DNA of 64,000 nt from a virus (IMGVR_UViG_3300033752_000161:458-64457), one strand, 5' to 3'; shown: positions 40,833 through 48,920, counted from the stretch's first letter. The notes: generated by a model from the letters alone, not told the origin. Numbers and translations are program-made.

Positions 40833-43643
40833 TCACACTCCTAATCCGTATTTTCCGTACTTATCCGCAAACTCCGGTAGCGGACGTCCGGCTGCGTAAT
40901 CCCACTCCTCGCGGGAAAACTCGCACATCCACCGGGTTTCGATGACCGTATCGCATTTCAGCGGACACGCAAGCGTAACAGTTTGCGTCATAATGTCATC
41001 GTATAACGCGACCGCTTCCGGCGTTAATTCCGCAATCGGTAACGCGTGTTTCTGTTCGTCGTGAAGCGTTAGCGGAAATTCCCACCCACGTCCGAGCGTA
41101 CATTCGTAATAGCTGCGTATCATGCAAAGCTGTAGAACGTTAGCGCCGGACCCTTGTATCGTGTGGTTAAACGCGGCCCTTTCGTCGCGCCCGGTTTCGC
41201 GGATAAGACTCCAAAACTCTGTGCGTTCTTTCGGATGGAGTCTGCGCGATTTCTTGCCAAGTTCCGGATCGTTCTTATCGCGAATGCCGGCCTTTTTCAT
41301 CAGTGCACACAGCCGTTTCCAGTTTTCGATGTACCGCGGAAATCTGCGCTTTTGGTGCCAGAGCGTCGCCGTCCACCCATGCTCGCGCAAGTGCTCGAAG
41401 GCCGATTCGACCATTCGTTTAAATCCCGGAAGCACTTCGTCAAACTTGCGATAGGCTCTTAGCGCATGTTCCTCGGTAATTCCGAATGGTTGGACCGATT
41501 TATAGAATTGCTCGAATGCTTGGCCGTAGCCTTCCGCGAGAAATAGTTGTTTCATCAGTTTCCGATACGGCGGAACGGCTTGCGACGTCCCCTTTACGCT
41601 TTTGTAATAATCCTCGAAGCAATGTTCCTTGGGGACATCGAAAAGCATTGACGCAAATTCTACGTAAGGGTCGAGCCCTTTCCGGAAGATTTCGGCGAAT
41701 ATGTCATCGCCAAACTCAACAGACATAATATGCGCTTGGAGGCGTGGTTCGATCGCTGACAAGTCGCTACCCATGAACACGTGGCCGGGCGGTGGAATAA
41801 ACATCATCCTGACGCGCAGTCCTTCGTCATTTCGCGATGGGATGTTCTGGATATTCGTTCCTTTTTCCACCGATTTCTCGGCCGTTTCGACCAGGCGTCG
41901 CATGACATCGAGATAGGTTTCGTCGGTTACGGTATCAGGACGCACATCGTTCGGCTTGCCCGTATATCCCTTCGATGAGTAGCGCCCGGTACTTACCGTA
42001 TCGAGCTGCGTATGGAGGCGGCCGTCTACGTCGAGTGCGTGCGGAATCTTATCGACGTAAGTTCCGAGCAGTTTTTCGAATTTCGATACTTCGGCCAGTG
42101 GGGCAAGCGATTCCTCTTCCGCAAAGTATCGTTCAAGTACGTCCTTCGATACGGCGCGTTCTCTTGATTTATCCTTAACGATTTCTTTCGTCCGGTCCTT
42201 GATTCCGAGTCTGTCGTAAATCAGATATGCGACGTGATCGTTGGACGAAAGATTAAATTCGCGAATAAAGTCGGGAGCGTTTTGCGGAATCGGATCCGCT
42301 AACTCCTCGGATTCGTATCGCTGAATCCGTTCGGCAAGCTGCGCATACTTCTTCGTTGTCGGATTCGCCCCAGCCAATTCCGCCTTGCAACGCGCTAACA
42401 TCTCGTCTCGTTTTGCGATTCGTTGCGCCTGTTTATCGCACCAATCGTGAATCTTATCGCCCTTTAGCGCCATCGACATATCGTAGAGGAACGAATCATC
42501 GATGTTGTATGCAGTGATTAGGTCGCGTTTTGCCTTTTCCAGTCGTGGCCGGTACTCGTCACCTAAACGTTTGAGGCCGGGCAGGTCGATAACGAAGCCG
42601 GTTCTCTCGATATTCACGTTAATTTCTGTGAGATATTGGCGTATCTCGAAGAAAGGAACGTAAAGGCTATCCGTTGCGACCATCGTATCGATCTGCCATT
42701 TGGTCAGCGCCCAGCCTTTCCAAACGTCCTTTATCGCATAGACTCCGACGACTTCGATCGGCTTCAACATCGGCGACTCGCTGCCGAATAAATCCTCGAA
42801 GGTATAGTCGTCAACGTCGATTCCGATTAGTGATTTGTACTTGGCGACAAGCGGTTTTAAGCCGAACGATTCCTCGTGTTCATTGAGGATACGCTGCGCC
42901 GCCTGCGAATCGTAACGGACGCCTTGCGGCCTGAGTCCATCGTTAAGGAGAATCGATAAGTCGTATTCCGCGTTGTGAAACGATTTAATATGCTCGGGCA
43001 ACGCCATGAATCGCTCAATCGCCGTCAGCGCCTTCGACCTCGTGCATTGGCGTTCTCCCGTCAAGTGTCCGTACGCTACGTAATATCCTTCGTTAAGGAT
43101 CGGAAGCCATACCGAGTATCCACCGGACAAATCGATCATTTTATCGAGGCCAGAAGTCTCCGTATCCCATACCGTTAGCGACATGGCCGCGGGGATATCG
43201 ATTTTCCGCCGAATCAGCGTGTTATTGAACAGTCCGAATACTTTGCGGAACCAGGGGTCGCGTTGCTGCCGCCGAACCTCTTCGCGCAACCTATCGACCA
43301 TTTTCGGAAGTTCCGCGTCATCCGTTATCACGTGGAAGTTGCTCGGCTTCGTCCGCAAGGTTTCCGCTATGCGCTTTTCACGCTCGCCCTCCGCTTTCTT
43401 GCGAAGGATCGCCATTCCCGCGCTTACAACGTCGGCCTTCGTCCACTTGGCGTTGTCGCTCCGGGGATTGCCTATTTCCCCGGAGATAAACGCCTGCTTG
43501 AACGCTCCGAACGCTTGACGCTCGCGGTCCGTTAGCGACATCGCGCCGATTCGCTGGAACGCTTCGTCCGGCGTTTCAGGTTTCGCCGCCTCCCGCCTCT
43601 TCACCGCTTCCTTAACGCGGTCTTCCGCCGTCGGATCTCGCAT
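40833..43643 (-). CDS. Family A DNA polymerase with 3'-5' exonuclease
   Basis: WDTETSG, FHNAEYD, YAIKD, STGRYSS, NIQNIP, SDLSAIEPR, NHTIQGSGA and TLHDE motifs. The start may be ATC 43664. Confidence 0.93.
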   Translation of the reverse strand: MRDPTAEDRVKEAVKRREAAKPETPDEAFQRIGAMSLTDRERQAFGAFKQAFISGEIGNPRSDNAKWTKADVVSAGMAILRKKAEGEREKRIAETLRTKPSNFHVITDDAELPKMVDRLREEVRRQQRDPWFRKVFGLFNNTLIRRKIDIPAAMSLTVWDTETSGLDKMIDLSGGYSVWLPILNEGYYVAYGHLTGERQCTRSKALTAIERFMALPEHIKSFHNAEYDLSILLNDGLRPQGVRYDSQAAQRILNEHEESFGLKPLVAKYKSLIGIDVDDYTFEDLFGSESPMLKPIEVVGVYAIKDVWKGWALTKWQIDTMVATDSLYVPFFEIRQYLTEINVNIERTGFVIDLPGLKRLGDEYRPRLEKAKRDLITAYNIDDSFLYDMSMALKGDKIHDWCDKQAQRIAKRDEMLARCKAELAGANPTTKKYAQLAERIQRYESEELADPIPQNAPDFIREFNLSSNDHVAYLIYDRLGIKDRTKEIVKDKSRERAVSKDVLERYFAEEESLAPLAEVSKFEKLLGTYVDKIPHALDVDGRLHTQLDTVSTGRYSSKGYTGKPNDVRPDTVTDETYLDVMRRLVETAEKSVEKGTNIQNIPSRNDEGLRVRMMFIPPPGHVFMGSDLSAIEPRLQAHIMSVEFGDDIFAEIFRKGLDPYVEFASMLFDVPKEHCFEDYYKSVKGTSQAVPPYRKLMKQLFLAEGYGQAFEQFYKSVQPFGITEEHALRAYRKFDEVLPGFKRMVESAFEHLREHGWTATLWHQKRRFPRYIENWKRLCALMKKAGIRDKNDPELGKKSRRLHPKERTEFWSLIRETGRDERAAFNHTIQGSGANVLQLCMIRSYYECTLGRGWEFPLTLHDEQKHALPIAELTPEAVALYDDIMTQTVTLACPLKCDTVIETRWMCEFSREEWDYAAGRPLPEFADKYGKYGLGV

Positions 43644-43669
43644 GTTTAGCGTGAGTTTAACGATAAGCG

Positions 43670-44620
43670 TCAGCCCCTTTCTGCGTTGTCAAAACGGGAT
43701 TCAACGGGGCATACGAGCTCCACCGTAGCGTATTGTGTGTCCCCACCTTTCGTATACACAAGCGGAGAGTTGGTGCCATCGGTCTCGGCGACCGTTACGA
43801 TATCCCCTACAGATATCACTCCCGCGCCAAGCGCGTTTTTAACCCGTACGATATCGCCTTCCCTCAACTCGCCAACCTTGCGGCCGATTCGCTGCCATTT
43901 CGCGCGTTCTTCGGCTTCCTGGCGGGCCTGCGCGACTTCTTCGTCGGTTGCGCGTACCAGGCGCTCCGCCTTAAACCATTGTCTGCGTCCATCCGTGATT
44001 CTCTCCGCAAAATACGGAGTCATAGATTCGTCATCTTCCATGATCTCGAAGATGTCACCGACTCTAATCGCGGAGTCAAGCCGCTCGGTATTAACAACCT
44101 TCGCAAAGTCGCCGACGGTCAGTCGTTTCTCTTTCGCGTCTTCTATCGGTTCGAGTACGACGTATTCGGAGTAAACAACTCCGCAATCTTCCCCGTTAAT
44201 CAGCGCTCGTACGTTGTTTTCTCCCCAATCCCTCGTTACGATCCCTTCATCGCCGTTACTGTAGCGATGCTCAATGCGAGATGTGTTTACGATTCGAATC
44301 CGCTCGCCTACCTTCGCCGGACGCTTGACCTCGCGATACTGCGGCTTTTTCTCTCTAACCCTCCGAAATACCGTAAATTCATAATCTTCGAACGCCGCGG
44401 TATTGAACATATTTCCATCATCGTCGATAATCTGCGCGTCTTTCCGCGAATCAACGTCGACCACTACGTAATATCCGCCGTCCGTGAGAATCCCGCAATC
44501 CACATCGCCAATTCGGATGATGTCGCCGACTTGCGCTTTCCTCCAGTTAACCTCGACGTACTCCGCGCCATCATACGTAATCCGAGCGGCCTTTGTTTGC
44601 ACACCGTTCAATTTCGCCAT
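43670..44620 (-). CDS. Hypothetical protein with repeated SH3-like modules
   Basis: Repeated KVG(D/E)..R segments. Confidence 0.65.
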   Translation of the reverse strand: MAKLNGVQTKAARITYDGAEYVEVNWRKAQVGDIIRIGDVDCGILTDGGYYVVVDVDSRKDAQIIDDDGNMFNTAAFEDYEFTVFRRVREKKPQYREVKRPAKVGERIRIVNTSRIEHRYSNGDEGIVTRDWGENNVRALINGEDCGVVYSEYVVLEPIEDAKEKRLTVGDFAKVVNTERLDSAIRVGDIFEIMEDDESMTPYFAERITDGRRQWFKAERLVRATDEEVAQARQEAEERAKWQRIGRKVGELREGDIVRVKNALGAGVISVGDIVTVAETDGTNSPLVYTKGGDTQYATVELVCPVESRFDNAERG

Positions 44621-44636
44621 TTAATCGACTCCTTCG

Positions 44637-44825
44637 CTAATTTATCGATTTGTCAGCGCTAATCACGCCGTAACTCTCACGATACATCTCATCGCACCAA
44701 CCGCGCCAACAGTCCGCATGGACGATATCGTCCTCGTACGTCCGCACAACCTCGTCGCCTTCGCGTATGTCCTCGTCGCAGTATGCGCATAGGCACAAGC
44801 GGCGGGGCTCTATGTCGCCGGGCAT
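44637..44825 (-). CDS. Small Zn-finger protein
   Basis: CAYCDEDI...VHADC. Confidence 0.55.
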   Translation of the reverse strand: MPGDIEPRRLCLCAYCDEDIREGDEVVRTYEDDIVHADCWRGWCDEMYRESYGVISADKSIN

Positions 44826-45241
44826 ACCACCGCGTCCCCTTCGAACAGTTCGCGATTCATTTCGACGGGCAACTCGACCCACCGTTGGGCGGCGTGTGTT
44901 TGGCGGCACCAGTACTCTCCGAGCCCGCGATTCTCAAACATGTATACGCGGGGCGGCGCACCCTCCGCTCCCAAAACGCCAACGATATAGTCAGCGTCGG
45001 ATAGCGTATAGGGCTCGCCATTCGATTTCTTTGCGTTGACCACGAGGTCGCCCCCGCGATCATGCCGCTGCCGAATGCACTTTACCTGGAACGTGCGCCA
45101 CTCGCGGCTTACCGGATCTCGCGCAACGATATCGAACGCTTCGTCCGTATCGGTTTTGCCCGTAATCCATCCGTTGGCGAGCAGCGCAGTCCTTGCGATG
45201 AGCTCGGCGTGCTTGCCGACATTTTCGGTCCAATGCGCCAC
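44810..45241 (-). CDS. PD-(D/E)XK endonuclease-like protein
   Basis: GKHAEL, AFDIV and FQVK motifs. Confidence 0.6.
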   Translation of the reverse strand: MAHWTENVGKHAELIARTALLANGWITGKTDTDEAFDIVARDPVSREWRTFQVKCIRQRHDRGGDLVVNAKKSNGEPYTLSDADYIVGVLGAEGAPPRVYMFENRGLGEYWCRQTHAAQRWVELPVEMNRELFEGDAVVCPAT

Positions 45242-45453
45242 TACTCGTCGCCCTCCTCGTAATATTCTTCTTCCGGTTTGAACCCGATTGCTCCGGTCTG
45301 GCCGAGTTGAGGCTGCGGCCCCGGCACCGCGATCTGAACGTCGAGAACGAAATCAACGTTTGTCTGCTCGCGAATAACGTTAATCGCCTCCGCGATATCG
45401 TACGCCACCGAGCCGAGTTTATCGGCGGATTCCGCGTTGACTGCGATCGTCAA
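45241..45453 (-). CDS. Hypothetical protein
   Basis: RBS with TTG; in operon order. Confidence 0.45.
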   Translation of the reverse strand: MTIAVNAESADKLGSVAYDIAEAINVIREQTNVDFVLDVQIAVPGPQPQLGQTGAIGFKPEEEYYEEGDE

Positions 45454-45501
45454 GCGATCGGATACGACGATTTCATCCTCGCTAATAGCGCTCGCCCTCC
45501 T

Positions 45502-46233
45502 TTAAAATCCGAGATTATCGGCCGCCGCGCTCTCTCCACCGCCGAGTACCGATTTATCGAGTCCGGCACGTTCGTCCGCTTCCTCGATGATTTTGCGCAA
45601 ATCGTCTTCTTCGCGGAAGTTCGCGAGTTCTTCGTAAGGGAACGCAAATCCAACGAGTTTCTTCGCTTCTTCTAGCGTGGACTCATCGTCGACCTCACCG
45701 GATTCAAGCGCGTATGACTTGCCATCGGCCGTTTTCTTAACGACAACCGCGTCGCCGACGAGAGTGTACGTTTTATCGAACTTCTTCGCGGCCTTTTCGA
45801 GCTTATCGTAATCCCCGATGAGGTTCGACGCGTGGTACTCTTTCATATCGAGTACGCGCCAGGTTCCGTATTCGAAGTCGAACACCGGAATCATAAAGTA
45901 GAGTTTCCGCTTGGCCTTCGCTTTGCACGAAAGGCACGCTCCGCCGTTAGGTCTAGCGTACAAATCGAAATCAGCGCCAGCCTCCCGCGGAGAATGCAGG
46001 CACGTATGCTTGCGGATAAACTGCGATCGCGTTGCGAAATCGCCGTCTTCGTGGCAATAGTAGAAGTACCAAGTGTCAGGATCGGCGAGAATTACGAATT
46101 GCTTTCCGCTTGCCATCTCGCTAGCTCGCACATACCGCGTTACGCCTTCCGGGAGCCCTTCGCTAAGGCCGCCGCCCTGCGCCGACTTGCTGCGCCTCTC
46201 CTCGCGTTCCTGCAATTTGTTGCGGATGGACAT
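45502..46233 (-). CDS. Putative single-stranded DNA-binding protein
   Basis: HTC...CLSC and acidic tail ending DNLGF; heads the polymerase operon. Confidence 0.6.
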   Translation of the reverse strand: MSIRNKLQEREERRSKSAQGGGLSEGLPEGVTRYVRASEMASGKQFVILADPDTWYFYYCHEDGDFATRSQFIRKHTCLHSPREAGADFDLYARPNGGACLSCKAKAKRKLYFMIPVFDFEYGTWRVLDMKEYHASNLIGDYDKLEKAAKKFDKTYTLVGDAVVVKKTADGKSYALESGEVDDESTLEEAKKLVGFAFPYEELANFREEDDLRKIIEEADERAGLDKSVLGGGESAAADNLGF

Positions 46234-46260
46234 CGTGTACATCGACTTCCTTTCGGTTGA

Positions 46261-46558
46261 TTTCGGGAAGGATTGCCTCTCGCCGCACTCCGGATATGCG
46301 GTTCGAGGGCTTACGCTTCGGCCTGTGGTAGTTAGCGAGGCCCTCGTAAGGATCTCTCGCCGGGTCCGTGGAACCTCCCCACAGTTTTACGTGCTCGACG
46401 GTCACCGGCGTCGATTGGTACACGGCTCCTTCCCGATTAGAGCGCAAATTTCAGCGCCCGCCTACGCGACACTAACGCTTACTTTCCGCATTAACAGCGG
46501 AAGTTCGGGGAAAGGCGCTAATGTCGCGTGGCCGACGCGGAAACCTCCGCGCCTTCCC
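46261..46558 (-). ncRNA. Candidate structured leader RNA upstream of the SSB-like gene
   Basis: Several stems: 46465-46528 with G-U pairs on the minus strand, TCGGGAAGGA/TCCTTCCCGA closing 46263-46436, CGAGGGC/GCCCTCG, and a possible CTGTGG/CCACAG pseudoknot. Confidence 0.45.
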
Positions 46559-46563
46559 TACGT

Positions 46564-46596
46564 TTATTTAGACGACGCCCGAAAGCGTGTCGTACA
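46564..46596 (-). promoter_or_regulatory. Phage promoter class A (TGTACG-N16-CGTCTAAATAA), abutting the cas12f stop
   Basis: Matches 31824-31856. Confidence 0.6.
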
Positions 46597-46597
46597 G

Positions 46598-47905
46598 TCA
46601 TTCCGCAAATTTTATCGCGTGCTTAACGCGCTCCAATTCGCTTTCGATGATGGACTCGATACCTGGCGTTGCGATATTTCTGGCCGCGTTGTAGTCTGCG
46701 TTTGTTTTGTATCCGCACGCCACGCATTCGAATTTCGATTGCGACTGCGTAATATCCCTATTTGCTTGGGCGATATGGCCGCAATTCGAACAGCGCTGCG
46801 ACGTGTACTTCGGATTAATCTTGCGCACGACTATACCGACTTCTTTCGCTTTGTACGTAATCTTCTGCTGCAAATCGTAGTAAGTCCACGATTTCAAAAA
46901 CATCGAATCCGCGCCGATTCCCGTTAAATCTTCCATCTGAATTACGCCGCAACCTTGCCGAATCGCCTCATCGACGATCTTTCGCGAATACCGGTGGTTT
47001 ACGTTTGCTTTAAAATCCTCGACACGGCCCCGCAGCTTTTCAATCGGCTGTATCCGCGTTGCCCTTCCGTGCCCAATACGCCCATCTCCGCAATGTTTTC
47101 CTTGTCGTAGCATTGCGTTGCGTCGCGCCTCAACCCTCGCCCGGAATGCGCGAATCTCGTCACCCTCGAAGAAATAGCGGTCCTGCGAATTGTTGTACGC
47201 AAGAACGGCCGCATTCACTACGCCCAAATCGATTCCCATTACGTTGTCTTGTGATAATTCTTTCGGCTTCGTTTCGTGCTTATACGTAAGGTTCACGTAC
47301 CATTTGCGCTTTACTTGGAGAACCTCCGAATCGCATAACGTGTACTCTCCGGTTAGCAAGCGATCGAATATCGACTTGGCGGACCCTTTTGCGCGAACCT
47401 TTACGGTGAACGACGTTGGCGAATCGTATTCCTTAGCGCCTTTTTGCGATAATAACGGGAGTCTTACCGTATAATCTCGTGCGTCTTTCGCTAATTTAAT
47501 ACCTTGCGCACGGACTGGAATTGGAACATCGCGTTTATACGAAGGTATCGAAGCTTTACCGGATAATACGTCTTTAGAAAGAGCTTTGAACCGCTGCTGC
47601 GCGTCACGGATTGCGCAATCTACTGTTCCTGTAGGAATGTGTGGCAATTCTCCCGTAACCAACTCATAGATATCCGAATGTTGCGTTTTTCGTCCTGTTC
47701 CTAGTGATTCAAATTTCAGTGATTCCCCAAACCTAGCGCGATACCCGAAAGTTATTTGCTGAAAATCCCATGTCATTTGAATCGTGCGATTATAAATTCT
47801 CCATACTGCATACTGAACATCTCTGAGCGTCTTACCCAATTTATCCCAGGTGCAGTCTACGGGGCAAATGATTTCATACCTCATCGCCTTTATATTAACG
47901 GGCAT
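46598..47905 (-). CDS. cas12f: Type V-F CRISPR effector Cas12f1 (435 aa), RuvC intact
   Basis: RuvC-I MGIDLG, RuvC-II IQMEDL, Zn finger TSQRCSNC...CVAC and RuvC-III NADYNAARNI. SIPSYKRD, GHGR..RI.PIE.LR, NHRYSR and WTYYDLQQKI match AsCas12f1 as recalled. GGAGG RBS before ATG 47905. Confidence 0.93.
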   Translation of the reverse strand: MPVNIKAMRYEIICPVDCTWDKLGKTLRDVQYAVWRIYNRTIQMTWDFQQITFGYRARFGESLKFESLGTGRKTQHSDIYELVTGELPHIPTGTVDCAIRDAQQRFKALSKDVLSGKASIPSYKRDVPIPVRAQGIKLAKDARDYTVRLPLLSQKGAKEYDSPTSFTVKVRAKGSAKSIFDRLLTGEYTLCDSEVLQVKRKWYVNLTYKHETKPKELSQDNVMGIDLGVVNAAVLAYNNSQDRYFFEGDEIRAFRARVEARRNAMLRQGKHCGDGRIGHGRATRIQPIEKLRGRVEDFKANVNHRYSRKIVDEAIRQGCGVIQMEDLTGIGADSMFLKSWTYYDLQQKITYKAKEVGIVVRKINPKYTSQRCSNCGHIAQANRDITQSQSKFECVACGYKTNADYNAARNIATPGIESIIESELERVKHAIKFAE

Positions 47906-47974
47906 TTGGTGCGAACCTCCATGTATTTTTATGTGCGCTTCACATTCGCACATGTTGATTTATTCGATTTTGTC

Positions 47975-48376
47975 ACACGCTCATTGCGACCATTACTTTC
48001 CGGACGGATACTCGCAACTAACGCCTACACGCTCATTGCGACAACTATCCGGTAAGCGACGGGGTTACATCGGTTCTCGCAACTAACGCCTATACGCTCA
48101 TTGCGACATCCATCGCTTTGTCGTACGACCAAACGTGTGATCTCGCAACTAACGCCTACACGCTCATTGCGACGGAGATTATGGGCAAGCGTTCAAATTT
48201 TCTACCTCTCGCAACTAACGCCTACACGCTCATTGCGACATTCGAACAGGAGATTGCCGGGGCGGGCGCTGAAAGTCTCGCAACTAACGCCTACACGCTC
48301 ATTGCGACGTTGAAAAGGCACGCACTCATTATCAAAAGGCACGTCTCGCAACTAACGCCTACACGCTCATTGCGAC
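47975..48376 (-). CRISPR. CRISPR array: six repeats GTCGCAATGAGCGTGTAGGCGTTAGTTGCGAGA (33 bp) plus a truncated terminal repeat; spacers 35, 36, 33, 33, 32 and 19-20 nt
   Basis: Repeats at 48344-48376, 48276-48308, 48207-48239, 48141-48173, 48075-48107 (1 SNP) and 48011-48042 (last base variant), with a 16-nt remnant at 47975-47990. Orientation follows from tracr pairing and the degenerate trailer. Confidence 0.97.
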
Positions 48377-48393
48377 GGTCCGCGCTTGCCATA

Positions 48394-48543
48394 ATCGCAT
48401 ATATTGCGTTAGTTTGGTTCGCGGTATTTGTGCGAACCGTTTCATCAGCGCTAGTTAGCGCTTCTACCTTATCGAGCGTTATTCGCGTGCCTGCCTATCG
48501 CCAGCGAACACTTCTCGATTTAACGCCGCCGAGCCGACGTAAT
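48394..48543 (-). ncRNA. Cas12f1 tracrRNA
   Basis: Minus strand AUUACGUCGGCUCGGCGGCGUUAAAUCGAGAAGUG...UAACGCUCGAUAAGGUAG...UGAAACGGUUCGCACAAAUACCGCGAACC mirrors the AsCas12f1 tracrRNA as recalled. Anti-repeat segments AACUAACGC and UGCGAU pair with repeat GCGUUAGUU and GUCGCA. Confidence 0.88.
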
Positions 48544-48572
48544 AGGTGGCGGGGATTCCCGCCTTCCCGCAT

Positions 48573-48713
48573 TTACGCAATCACCACCCCGCGAATCACA
48601 CCGGTTTTAATGTAATCGGCGGGATCTTCGTTCTCATCGCAACTTCCGTTATAAAGGAAGTAAGCGTCGACCGGCCGTTTCGGGAATTTCGCGTTGCGTT
48701 TGCGTTGTTCCAT
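48573..48713 (-). CDS. 46-aa peptide upstream of tracrRNA
   Basis: AAAGGAACGGTG RBS; MEQRKRNAKFPKRPVDAYFLYNGSCDENEDPADYIKTGVIRGVVIA. Confidence 0.55.
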   Translation of the reverse strand: MEQRKRNAKFPKRPVDAYFLYNGSCDENEDPADYIKTGVIRGVVIA

Positions 48714-48811
48714 CGTATATCACCGTTCCTTTATCGTAAATTAATCGTGAACATTTCGTGACAATTCAGTGAAAACTTGTCACACTTTTTATGGGCGCGC
48801 TTTAATAAGCG

Positions 48812-48852
48812 TTGACATTCGTATTTTTTTAAAATAAAATAACGAATGTAAA
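48812..48852. promoter_or_regulatory. Plus-strand sigma-A promoter inside an inverted repeat; possible overlapping divergent promoter for the CRISPR operon
   Basis: TTGACA-17-TAAAAT at 48812-48840; inverted repeat TTGACATTCGT...ACGAATGTAAA gives TTTACA on the minus strand. Confidence 0.6.
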
Positions 48853-48920
48853 GCAATATGAAAGGAATTATTTACCGGTATAAATCCGAACGCCATCGGA
48901 TATACTGAATTAATGAGCTG

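Noticed and set aside
46598-47953. IS200/IS605 TnpB transposon
   Set aside because: No tnpA or recognisable IS ends; the adjacent array and Cas12f1-type tracrRNA explain the gene better.
48174-48206. Spacer 3 translates YGQAF, as in the phage polymerase (about 41514-41528)
   Set aside because: Only five residues match, flanks break frame and the nucleotide match is poor; expected by chance.
47975-48376. Array transcribed on the plus strand (repeat ending ATTGCGAC)
   Set aside because: tracrRNA similarity, anti-repeat pairing, the degenerate trailer and cas12f orientation all indicate the minus strand.
47756-48615. Plus-strand ORFs across the array (LATNAYTLIAT and SQLTPTRSLR repeats)
   Set aside because: Translations of CRISPR repeats.
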